A DNA stretch of 64,000 nt. It comes from Massalongia carnosa (lineage: Eukaryota). Below the pieces are notes generated by a model. That model saw only the letters and a list, made by a program, of their open reading frames with translations, was not told where the DNA came from and ran no database searches. This document shows, in pieces, positions 11,246-21,456 of the stretch (its first letter is position 1; each line of letters begins with the position of its first letter). The position numbers and the translations under genes are program-made. The stretch lies in contig OZ287069.1 of assembly GCA_965645245.1 (NCBI GenBank), positions 1,612,001 through 1,676,000 on the forward strand. The letters are read 5' to 3'.

Positions 11246-12896
11246 ATCAAGATCGGGTTCAAATTATTTATGCGGGTCAACGGGTTTAACCGTTCAACCC
11301 GATCAATTTTTTTGCAAATTAAATATGAAAATTAAATAAAAATATGATATTAAAAACGATACTTTTTTAGCTGACAAATCATAATTTTCTGATGATTAAT
11401 TTCTGAAATTTTTGTAAATTTAAAATACCGAATTATTTGGCAGACAAGACCCTGGTCTTATGGGTCAATTGATCGGCCGAAGGTCATTTGGGACAGGGTT
11501 TTATGGGCTATAGGGTCTTTTATATAGGGGGGTTTTATGGGCGAGGGGGCATTAGTCAGGCCCTATAAGCACGTACTAAATTTGCATCGTGCACCCTGCT
11601 GAATTTCGTGCATTTTTGATCTACAAGAACAACGTTTTAGACTCAGTTCATCAGCAATTCATTCATAAACTTCTTGTTATTATGGCTCCTCCTCATACTC
11701 AGAATCTTCTGCAGGCTTCAAAACAGCCCCGTCCTGGGCCTGCTGTGAAGTCTTCAAGTCTTCGTAGCATAAATCAGGCCCGAATTTCAAAGAACGTTTA
11801 TATTCAGCCTTCCATGCCCACCGTACCAACCTCTTTTTCTGGCGATCAGGAGACTCAGCTTCTGGAACAGTTTCGTCTTCATCGCGAGGAGGAAGGTCAC
11901 AATTTAATTGATAATGCTCCCGATGACGAGGATGAGATGCGACGACGTATTTCCTACACCAGAGAGCAGAAATTAGCTGCTATTAGTTATGCAGAGACTA
12001 CCTGGAAGCAGCAAAAGAATGGAGGTTTAAAACGAGATGCTTAGGGACAGTCCCCCCGACCGTCCCCCCCCCTGTGTGTAAATCTTTGCTAGTAAACAGC
12101 CATTTCACTGCTTATCCAGGGTGCGTACAAGCTAGTAATGCAACTGCCAACAGCACATTAAACTCTTTTCGGTTTAAATCGTATGACGTGTTATTGCTAC
12201 TAATAATTACCCTACTCGGTCCTCACTCACCCTCACCCTCACTTACCATTTGCCCTTGCCTATAAGACAATCGGTGCAGAAAATATGTGATGAGATGCGG
12301 AAAAAACAATTAGATCAGGAGATTTTGTGCAATCAACAGCGAATACGCAATCCTAGGTTGATCGATAGAAATGCTTTTGCGCTACTCATTGGGAAAATTA
12401 CGCATCATGCCATTGGCCTCGTTTCAAGAGAACTCGATGCCGCCAAATCATTAGCTGAACGAATCCTTTCTATTGTCCCTGATGGTGGAAGCTGTGTTTA
12501 TGATTGTGAATTGCCTTTAAGGTACGGTCTCCCATGCAAATGCTGGTTGTATAAATGCATCATCGACTCGGCCCCTATTCCCGTTTCCCTCATCCACCCC
12601 CGCTGGTTTTTTGATGGCCCACCTTATGCGGTCTCTTGGCAAATGACCTTCGCTTTCGCTCGCGGCTCGGAGCCCGAGGTCGAAAAGATTGTCGATGAGG
12701 TCGAAGGGACGGGAGAGATTGAGGCGGATAAGGATGAGGTCGAGCTCGAAGAAGGCGTGTTGAGTGAGGATAGATTTCGCCGCGAAGGCCTTGATTTGCT
12801 ACATTCTGTGACATATCAATCTATTGACCTGCATCAATCAATAGAAGATTCTCATCGAAGGGAGGAGTACTCTCGCGAGCATGCTCACATCGTTGA

Positions 12897-13619
12897 TGAT
12901 GATGATGATGATGATGATTCTTATTCCGATGTGGTACCGGCCGAAGGCCGGCCCATGCGGGCGAGTCTATCTAGTTTTATAGTACATGGAAACCCTTTTG
13001 AGGAAGAAAAACCATGCAATCCTGTGTCCGGCCGAGGACCCTCCGGGTCCCAGCCGTGTGCTCCATGAAAAAACCTTTGACCTAAGACAAGTATGAAAAA
13101 TAAAACAAAGCATGCCTACTGTTAGCAGTATAGATGCTGTGCTGTCAGCGAAAATTGTGACAACAAACCTGTCTTCATTAGCCACTTTGTGACTAATTTC
13201 ATTGCTTTAGATGACTCAGTGATTAATCGATAGTTGTTTGTGCTATCGTATTTAGCAGAGTTTTTCTGTCGTTGAGTTTGCAAAACATGATCACATGTTT
13301 TGCAGTCTGTTTGTGCCAGCCACATGAGCAGTTCGGGGACGAGACGTCTGGGACTCGGTGTCTATGTAGGAAGGCGGCTAGGCCTATCTTTTCTGAGCGT
13401 ATCTGAATGGCTAGCGCGCTCTCCGCTTTGGCTAGAGTTTCGTGCAATTTGATGCGTTTTTTGGAGAGTGAACCTGATTGTGCCGGGGTGGGAACGGGTG
13501 TGTGTTCCTGATATGATCTCCACGAGGCCTGCCATGCAAATGTGTGTAGTTTTATTTGAGCAGTTATTTTGTTATGAGCGGCGCGTGCCTCCCCTATTTC
13601 TCGGGCGAGATTCGGGGGG
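12897..13619 (-). mobile_element. 5'-truncated Tad1-like LINE fragment with (ATC)n tail and 14-bp TSD
   Basis: Minus-strand C-terminal zinc knuckle QIRSEKIGLAAFLHR...CSCGWHKQTAKHVIMFC. (GAT)n at 12895-12918. GCTCACATCGTTGA at 12883-12896 and 13620-13633. Confidence 0.82.
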
Positions 13620-14483
13620 GCTCACATCGTTGAAAAGTTCAATAAGAAATGGCAAAAGAAGGAGCTGGTAAGACCTCTCATCCCCACCACATTCCCCGAC
13701 GAAATTCGGCCCAAAGAAAACCTCATGTATAAGAAAGGAGGGAGTCGTCGACGTGCCCACACTGGTTGCGAGGCAGCTGAGGCTAGAGAAACTGAACAGC
13801 GACGTACTAGGCGAAGGGACTCTATTGAACAAGGGAGGAGGCTTAGATATAATAGATTGCGTGCTGGGGGCGACGATGAGGTTGAAGGTGAAACAGAAGG
13901 TAAAATTCACGATGTTGCAAAGTTATTGCGCTCGGGTCGGCTAATATTGGGTACAATAGGTTTAGGAGAAAACTTAGTTATGGAGAGAATCGAAAACGCG
14001 TCTATCGTCTCCGACGACGATGACGAGGTGCAGTATATAAGCACTCAGCCCATTCTCGGTCATTCTATGGATCTTATGCTTCCTTCGGATGACGATAATG
14101 ATGTTATTCTTAGATCAGAAGCCTCGTCGGATTCGCTCGAAGACATTGACGATGTGCTTGCCAAGCATAGTCAAAAAGCCCTGCCTCAGGCAGCGCCGGC
14201 TCCATCTCTTTATAGTCTTAGCCAAAACGTGCGCGCCAGTCAAATTCTCCCTACTTCCTCTACAACAACGCGAAGGTCTCGGGGTGTGGCGAAGAAATCA
14301 AAGGCTCAGTTGGAGTTGGAACCTCAGCAAAGAGTCGAGAAATCAGTCAAATAGGCTAGGGCTCAAGCGAGAAAGGAAACGGCGATGAGAAAGGTGGCTA
14401 AAACCATGAAGCCTAGAAAAGATGATGTATCGCAATTGGCTGATGAGTTTTTGGAGTTGAAGTCATCGCAATAGGTAGATTTG

Positions 14484-14787
14484 TAGGTGTTGAATACACT
14501 TAGTCAGTAACAGCAACATTATAGGTGTTGAATACACTTAGTCAGTAACAGCAACATTATAGGTGTTGAATACACTTAGTCAGTAACAGCAACATTATAG
14601 GTGTTGAATACACTTAGTCAGTAACAGCAACATTATAGGTGTTGAATACACTTAGTCAGTAACAGCAACATTATAGGTGTTGAATACACTTAGTCAGTAA
14701 CAGCAACATTATAGGTGTTGAATACACTTAGTCAGTAACAGCAACATTATAGGTGTTGAATACACTTAGTAAGTAACAGCAACATTA
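14484..14787. repeat. Minisatellite, 8 x 38 bp (TAGGTGTTGAATACACTTAGTCAGTAACAGCAACATTA)
   Basis: Seven identical units plus one with a single substitution, head to tail with no spacers, just inside the MULE right TIR. Confidence 0.95.
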
Positions 14788-17004
14788 CTAATACGTAGTG
14801 TAATTGCTAGCTTGTACGCACCCTGGATGAGTAGTAAAATGGCTGTTTACTAGTAAAGATTTACACAGGGGGGGACGGTCAGGGGGGCGGTCAGGGGGGG
14901 ACTGTCCCTAAGCATCTCGGGTTTAAAACTCATCAGTAAATATGCTGCAGCGGCGAATCTCGGAATTACCACTGCTATGTTAAGACAGTGGATTAAAACG
15001 ATGACGCATATTGAAACACTTTCTAAAGGTAGACGAAAAGAAAGTGGAGGAGGTCCCTGTCAAGAACCTGAGCTGGAAAAGAGTCTTTTGGAATTGTTTG
15101 AAGAAGCTCGATTAGCTGGACGTAAAATCAACAAACGTTGGTTTATTCGTCAAGGACGCAAGTAGTACGGCGAAATGTATCCTCATAGAGTGATCAAAGT
15201 CACCGATGAGATGACTGAATATAGCGGGTTCAAATTCTCTGATGGCTGGTTTAAACGTCGAACTCATGTAGCTGTCAGAACTCCAACCAAAAAAGCTCAA
15301 CAGGTAAATCATTCGTTGAAACGACACGAAACATTTTGACTAACCCGATTTGATGCATGCAAAGGTGTCAGAGAATTTTCGCGCTAATATTGAAAGCTGG
15401 TTGCAATTCAATCGTCGCAATTCTCAACCACTTTCACATCAGATTCCTTTGCATGGAGGCAGATATCGACTTTGTGACATTGGCAACATGGATCAAACTC
15501 CGATTGCGTACGAGTTTCTTCAGGGTCAGTGCTACGATTTCAAGGGGGCCAAAACGGTATGGGTGAAAACTTATCGATCTAGCTGGGACTACAGGCAAGC
15601 CACATTGATGATATATGTTTCTGCTGATGGCGTCAATCGCTGCAAACCCTTGCTCATTTTCAAAGGACAAGACGGGCCAAAAAACAGTCGAATCAGAAAA
15701 GAGATGACCATGTACGATTCGGGGGTAATTGTGCAGTGGAATGTGAAGGCCTACTGCAATGCGGAAGTCATGATTCGATGGCTAAAACAGCAATACAAAT
15801 ACGCTACAGTGGGACTGCATGACACAAATACACGGCGATTTTTATCCTTAGATGTGTTTGCAGGTCAAAAAACGCAGGAGGTAAATTGAATTCAATAATA
15901 GCTTCATTTAATTAACAAATTTGCAGGTCAAACAAGCCTTTCGTGATTTAAACATCACGGCTTCTTTTATTCCTTCCGGTTGCACCGGTTATGTGCAGGT
16001 TCTCGATGTTGCTATCAATAAACCTCTCAAGACTCGAATTTCCGAGCTGGCCGACATTCATTACGATGAAAATTTCGAGAGATGGAGCAAAGGATCCTAC
16101 ACAGTAGGTGATCGACGGGTTATGCTAACAAAATGGGTGGGTCAAGCGTGGAGAGAACTGCATGCAAAACACGTTTCTCTCATTCGTCAAACATTTCGAA
16201 AGCTGGGGTTATCGCTCGCTATTGACGGTTCAGAAGATGAAGAGTTGTCGATCAAAGACATACCAAACGTTCAGGTTGGTGATTGGGCGCTATCCGTCAA
16301 TCAGGAGGACATTCAGGAGGTACGAGAGTCTGAATCAGACGTGAATGAAACGATGAAGTCGGTAGAGGCTGAGAAGGTTTTCTCTGAAGACATGGAAATG
16401 GAATATGTAATGGAGGATGAATTGGAAGATGACGTGAACGATCAGGAGGCTGTTTTTGATGTTGAAGTAACAGAACATGCAAGCGGTGATGAACTGAGTA
16501 GAAGAGGGGATTAAATTTCCGGTTCAATTGATTTCTAAGAAAGGATACATAAGCTTTGATGACGTTTGCATATAAATTTATGTATCTTTTCTTTCAATTC
16601 AAAAGGACCTGGTTTTATGGCCCAACCCCCCCCTATGGTCAAAAATCAGCCAATCAGAACAGGGTTTTATGGGCAAAGGGGTCTTATACTACAGGGTTTT
16701 ATATGCCAAATAACTCGGTATGCATAAAATGTTTAATTAAGACGTTGCGGGAGGGATGAACTGAGCGGTGTGCGTGGTCCACTACAGCTAGGAGTACAGG
16801 AGAACAAACAAACAAGAGAAATAAAACAATAGTATGAGAACGATAGCTAGACTAGTCAATGTAGCTATGCTACGAGCGTGCTTGCTGACTATCTGAAAGA
16901 CTGTCACCTGACTTCTCCGAGACCTCTGCCAAGACTCCGTCGGAAAAACTAACCCCCGAACCGCTAGCAATTTTGGTTTTTGGGCCTACAGTCGAACCCC
17001 GCTA

Positions 17005-19328
17005 ACGTAATTCACCTGTATTCAGAACACCCGCTTATTCGGAACTAACAAAACCACGAAACTTACTTTCAACCATTATCTCTTCTACAACTTATTGAAA
17101 AAAACCCTAAAACTGATTTAATGAGGCAAAGGGTATTATAATCATTATAATAGCTGATTATCGATAAATTACATCGCTGAAATGGCTTCTTCCCGGCAGT
17201 TTCGAGTTACAAAATCGGGATTGCGTACCACCTTGAAAGACGAGGTTAGAGAACGTTTAAAACAGGCTGTTAAGGTCTATGAGGAGGCAGAAGGGTCGTT
17301 ATCTATTACGCAAGCTGCTTGGCTCCATGCGGTACCGAAAACAACACTGTATCACAGGATAAACGGTCGCCAGGACCAGGTATCGTACGTTACTTCAAAG
17401 CAGAGATTAACGCCCGAGGAGGAAGGATCTCTTCAGAGTTGGGTGCTACAACTTCAGTCTTGGGGATTTCCGCCTAGAATAGCGCAGTTACGCGAAATGG
17501 CAGAGGAATTATTACGAGCCAAACAGGATTTTAAAGAACTGGGCAAAAACTGGTCAGAAAAATTCCTCAACCGTCATACTATACTACAGTCGAAATATAG
17601 CCGTACGCTTGATCAAGAACGGTTTTTAGCTCAAAATCGGGATTCAATACAGCAGTGGTTCGATCTGTATCTGTCTATTAAGGCGCAACATGGTATATTG
17701 GACGAGGATACATACAACATGGATGAAAACGGTTATATGATGGGTATTGCGGGGAGTTCAAAGGTGGTATTTTCAAAATACCGGAAACAGGCATTTATAA
17801 ATCAAGCTGGTAATCGGGAATGGGCGTCCCTCATTGATGCTATTGGTACCACTGGTCGTCGATTACCGTTATTTGTTATTTTAAAGGGTAAGAGATGGAA
17901 AGATGATTGGTATCCTAGTAATATGGAACCGGGTGCTCGTATTTCACTAAGTGAAAACGGCTGGACTGATAACAAGCTCTGTATGGAGTGGATGCGTGAC
18001 TGTTTTGAGCCAACAACAAGAGCTTACCTCCGTGGTAAATATCGAATGTTAATTGTTGACGGGCATGCATCTCATGTGTCGACTGAGTTTATCCGATTTA
18101 CCCGGGAACATAAAATAGTTTGTCTATGTCTACCAGCACACTCAACACACTTATTACAGCCTCTTGATGTTGGGGTATTTGGCCCTTTAAAACAAAACTA
18201 TAAAACGTTGCTAGCTGAGAAAACACGGTTTACAACCTACAATATCGACAAGGCTGATTTCATTTCTTTAATACAAAAAGCTAGGCAACAAGGTATTACT
18301 GCTCGAAACATACAATCAGCATGGCGAGCTACTGGACTTATTCCATACAATCCTTCCGCTGTCTTTGACAAAATATCAGCTAAGCCTCATACGAACGATG
18401 ACACTCTACCTGACGCTAGTACTCCTATTCAAACGCGTTATCTTTCAGGCCAAATACCACCAACACCAGGAAACATAGAACAAGTCTCAGAGGTTGAGGA
18501 GCTTATATTACTATTTCGCCATCAGACTCTCGATTCCCCTAAGCTTACTCTTCTACAAAAAACCCTTAAAGCAGCTAGACTTGCTATGGCTGATCGTATT
18601 GTCTTGAATCGTACTAATACGGAGCTTTTAGAAGCCAGTACACGAAAAAAACAAAGAGCTCAACGTACGGGCACTCAATATGATGGTCAAGGGGCTCGCT
18701 TATTGAGCTTAGAAGATGTAGAGAAAAGAAGACAACTAGCTGAAAATAAGAAAAAGGAGAAAGAGGCTACATCACAGGTAAGGAAAGAAAAACAGAACGA
18801 TCGACTATTTTTTCAGGTATCTAAAGACCTTATGCGACTTGGACCCGACCTGATATACGGGCCTGATCACGTAACATCTCGATCTTTACCTAAAAATAAG
18901 AAACGAGACGATTCTATCTTTCAAAACGCTTTTCACGACCTTCTTCAGATTACACCTCATATTTTTGAGGAGACAGTTGAGGGTGACCTAGGGTTTAAAA
19001 AACTGCTCTGAATAAAGGAAAATGTATATCAAGAAAGAAAAATACCACTGAGTTGGTACAGGGTGATGTGGAAATTGTAGGAAAGGGGGAGAAGGAGGAA
19101 GTTTTAGAGGTTCGGGTTAGCTCGCGCGGTCGTGTCATTCGTAACACTCGTAAATTGTAGCTCTACAAGCTTATGCTAGCTACATATGTTCTCTAGAACC
19201 TGTTCATCAATTCCCGAATACATGTGCTGGAAGTTTTGTGGATGCGGCGGTGATAATAAATTACGAAGGTTGGTATCAAATTTGTTAGTTCCGAATAAGC
19301 GGGTGTTCCGAATAGCGGTGAATTACGT
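17005..19328 (+). mobile_element. Fot1/Pot2-type transposon inserted at a TA inside the left TIR of T1
   Basis: About 48-bp TIR ACGTAATTCACC...ATTCGGAACTAACAAA. TA at 17003-17004 and 19329-19330. Confidence 0.92.
17182..19011 (+). CDS. Fot1-type DDE_1 transposase, 609 aa (tail probably frameshifted)
   Basis: HTH motifs (VPKTTLYHRING; LGKNWSEKFLNRH), catalytic motifs YNMDENG, LIVDGHASH, LQPLDVG. Confidence 0.9.
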   Translation: MASSRQFRVTKSGLRTTLKDEVRERLKQAVKVYEEAEGSLSITQAAWLHAVPKTTLYHRINGRQDQVSYVTSKQRLTPEEEGSLQSWVLQLQSWGFPPRIAQLREMAEELLRAKQDFKELGKNWSEKFLNRHTILQSKYSRTLDQERFLAQNRDSIQQWFDLYLSIKAQHGILDEDTYNMDENGYMMGIAGSSKVVFSKYRKQAFINQAGNREWASLIDAIGTTGRRLPLFVILKGKRWKDDWYPSNMEPGARISLSENGWTDNKLCMEWMRDCFEPTTRAYLRGKYRMLIVDGHASHVSTEFIRFTREHKIVCLCLPAHSTHLLQPLDVGVFGPLKQNYKTLLAEKTRFTTYNIDKADFISLIQKARQQGITARNIQSAWRATGLIPYNPSAVFDKISAKPHTNDDTLPDASTPIQTRYLSGQIPPTPGNIEQVSEVEELILLFRHQTLDSPKLTLLQKTLKAARLAMADRIVLNRTNTELLEASTRKKQRAQRTGTQYDGQGARLLSLEDVEKRRQLAENKKKEKEATSQVRKEKQNDRLFFQVSKDLMRLGPDLIYGPDHVTSRSLPKNKKRDDSIFQNAFHDLLQITPHIFEETVEGDLGFKKLL

Positions 19329-21456
19329 TATAGGGAAGTTCCGTATAACGAAAACCTCGGCATAACGAAATTATTTTTCGGATTTTTTGTAGTTGTATGG
19401 TAAAAACCTCGTTATAACGAAAAACCCCTCCATTACGATATAACGAAATTTATTTTCATATTTTTGGTGACGTTCGTTATAGCGAGGTGGTAAAACTATC
19501 ATATATTTGCTACGATTCTGCTGTAAATATGTCTCGAGAATGGCCTGCCTACATGTCTTTGTCAACTTCCCCTTGGAAAAAAAACCCGTCATGGAATCAC
19601 GAATATTCAGCGAAAAGCTCTTCGGGACTGGTACAATGATGATTCAAAGAATAAAGTGACTCAGAACGACTGTCGCATGTGGTGGAAAAGAGAGTATAAT
19701 TATGTGCCTAGGAGTGCATCTATCAGCGAGATTCTTAGTTCCAAATATACTTACTTGGATGATAAAGAGGATGCGAGTTCAATCAAACGGGAGGTTATTC
19801 CAAAATGGCCTGTGTTAGAAGATGCTTTGTTCGAATGGGAGCAGCGATATGAACAGGCCAGTCTTACTGTTAATGCTGACGTGCTACGGACCAAGGCCAC
19901 CGAGTTGTGGAACAAACTGCCTCAGTATGAAGGTATTCCCACTCCGAAATGGAGCAATGGCTGGCTGGATCGGTTTAAAAGACGACGAGGACTCAAATAA
20001 CGCATTCATCATGGCGAGGCTGGTTCAGCTGATCAAAGCGAAAATGTACAGCAGATAATGACTGATCTTCGTAAATCAGTATCTGAATATGCCGCCAAAG
20101 ACGTTTATAACATGGATGAAACAGGGCTTTTTTGGAAAATGGCACCCGATCGATCTCTTGGTACTGAGAGGCACGCCGGTCAGAAGCAGGATAAGGTGTG
20201 TTTTTCACAGTAAGCTGCTTCAATTTTGCAGAGTTCTAATTATAACAGGCTAGAATCACTGCCTGTCTCACATGTAATGCTGATGGGTCGGATAAACCTG
20301 ATATCTGGTTTATTGGTAAGGCCAAAAGGCCAAATTGTTTTCGGGATGCTAAAATTCATGGACTGGAGAATGTGGGTGCTGTTTGGAGGTATAATCCCAA
20401 GGCCTGGAATAACAACATCATCATGAGAGAATATTTGTATTGGTTAATGGTCATATAAATGGACGATCGATTTTGTTGTTGATGGATAATTTCAGTGCTC
20501 ACAAATTGGCTGTGAAAACTTTGATGGATGAAGGTAAATAAATCAATGTGTTAACGTTATAATTAATCATGACATCATTTCTAAAACTCGTCTATCCAGG
20601 TGTTTTGCAGAATATTCGCATTGCGTGGCTACCTGCAAATGCCACCTCATTACATCAACCTTGGATCAAGGCATCATACAAAACTGGAAGGTCTATGTAC
20701 GAAAACAACTCGTCCAGTTTATGGTAAGTTCTTTCGATGCTGGAAAAGATCCGACTGCCTCCATAAATGTTCTTCGTGTCATTCGATGGGGCATTTCAGC
20801 ATGGGAAAACGACGTCAAACCTTCCACCATACAGAACTGCTGGGGGCGATCAGGAGTCATTGATTGGGGTTCAGCACCCTTCAATCAACCAAGAACCTCG
20901 AGATGGGTCGAGTCCGAGACTGTTTTGCAAGAGATTACACAGGACATACGTCAGATGCAGGTCATGGGTAGAATAGAAGAGGCGATGAACATTCATCAAT
21001 TTATAAACCCGCCCGAGGAGGCTATAGGGGACACAAATGAAGATATTATGAATGATATCGTTTCACGATATGCGGAGCAGGAAAGGCTCGCTGAGACGGA
21101 TGAAGAGGTGGAAGTTACACCTGTTATAACGGTCTGTCAAGCACAGGAGGCTTGTATGATCCTGAGACTGCATGAAGAACAGAAGTTGAAGGGCGATATG
21201 GGCATGCTTCGTCAATTACGAAGGCATGAACGGGGGCTGGGCAAAACAGTCAAAAACAATCTACTTTAAGCACTTGGGTAGTTGCTGGGGACAAAGGGGG
21301 GGAATTGGGAGTTTATAGGGGGCAAAGTAGTAAATTTACTATGATTTTCCCCATCTCCCCCGATATAACGAAAAACCCGCTATAACGAGATTATTTTGGT
21401 AAAACGCCACCATCGTTATGGCGGGGTTCGACTGTACACAGTAAAACTGATATATA

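Larger units (their letters stand above)
12033..14919 (+). mobile_element. Mutator-like element (MULE), internally deleted, 9-bp TSD GGTTTAAAA
   Basis: About 110-bp TIRs starting CGAGATGCTTAGGGACAG. TSD at 12024-12032 and 14920-14928. SWIM-like motif CVYDC...YGLPCKC...IHPRW. Confidence 0.88.
11428..16718 (+). mobile_element. pogo-family DNA transposon (HTH + DDE_1), transposase pseudogene interrupted by a MULE
   Basis: About 27-bp TIRs (CCGARTTATTTGGCA...ACCCTG) with TA on both sides. The reading frame ...QQKNGGLK (to 12032) resumes as LISKYAAAANLG at 14929. Motifs GNMDQTP, LSLDVF, VQVLDVAINKPLK; premature stop near 15163. Confidence 0.88.
16989..21434 (+). mobile_element. Tigger/CENP-B-like pogo transposon (copy T1), transposase pseudogene ~19529-21290
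   Basis: TIR CAGTCGAACCCCGC at both ends with TA flanks and subterminal ATAACGA repeats. HTH motif WSNGWLDRFKRR; YNMDETG and LDQGII; stops and frameshifts. Confidence 0.85.

Noticed and set aside
14484..14787. CRISPR-like array of 38-bp repeats
   Set aside because: Units abut with no spacers, there are no cas genes, and the context is a eukaryotic MULE.
16743..16969. Possible additional solo LTR
   Set aside because: No TG start and no matching TSD; too degenerate to call.
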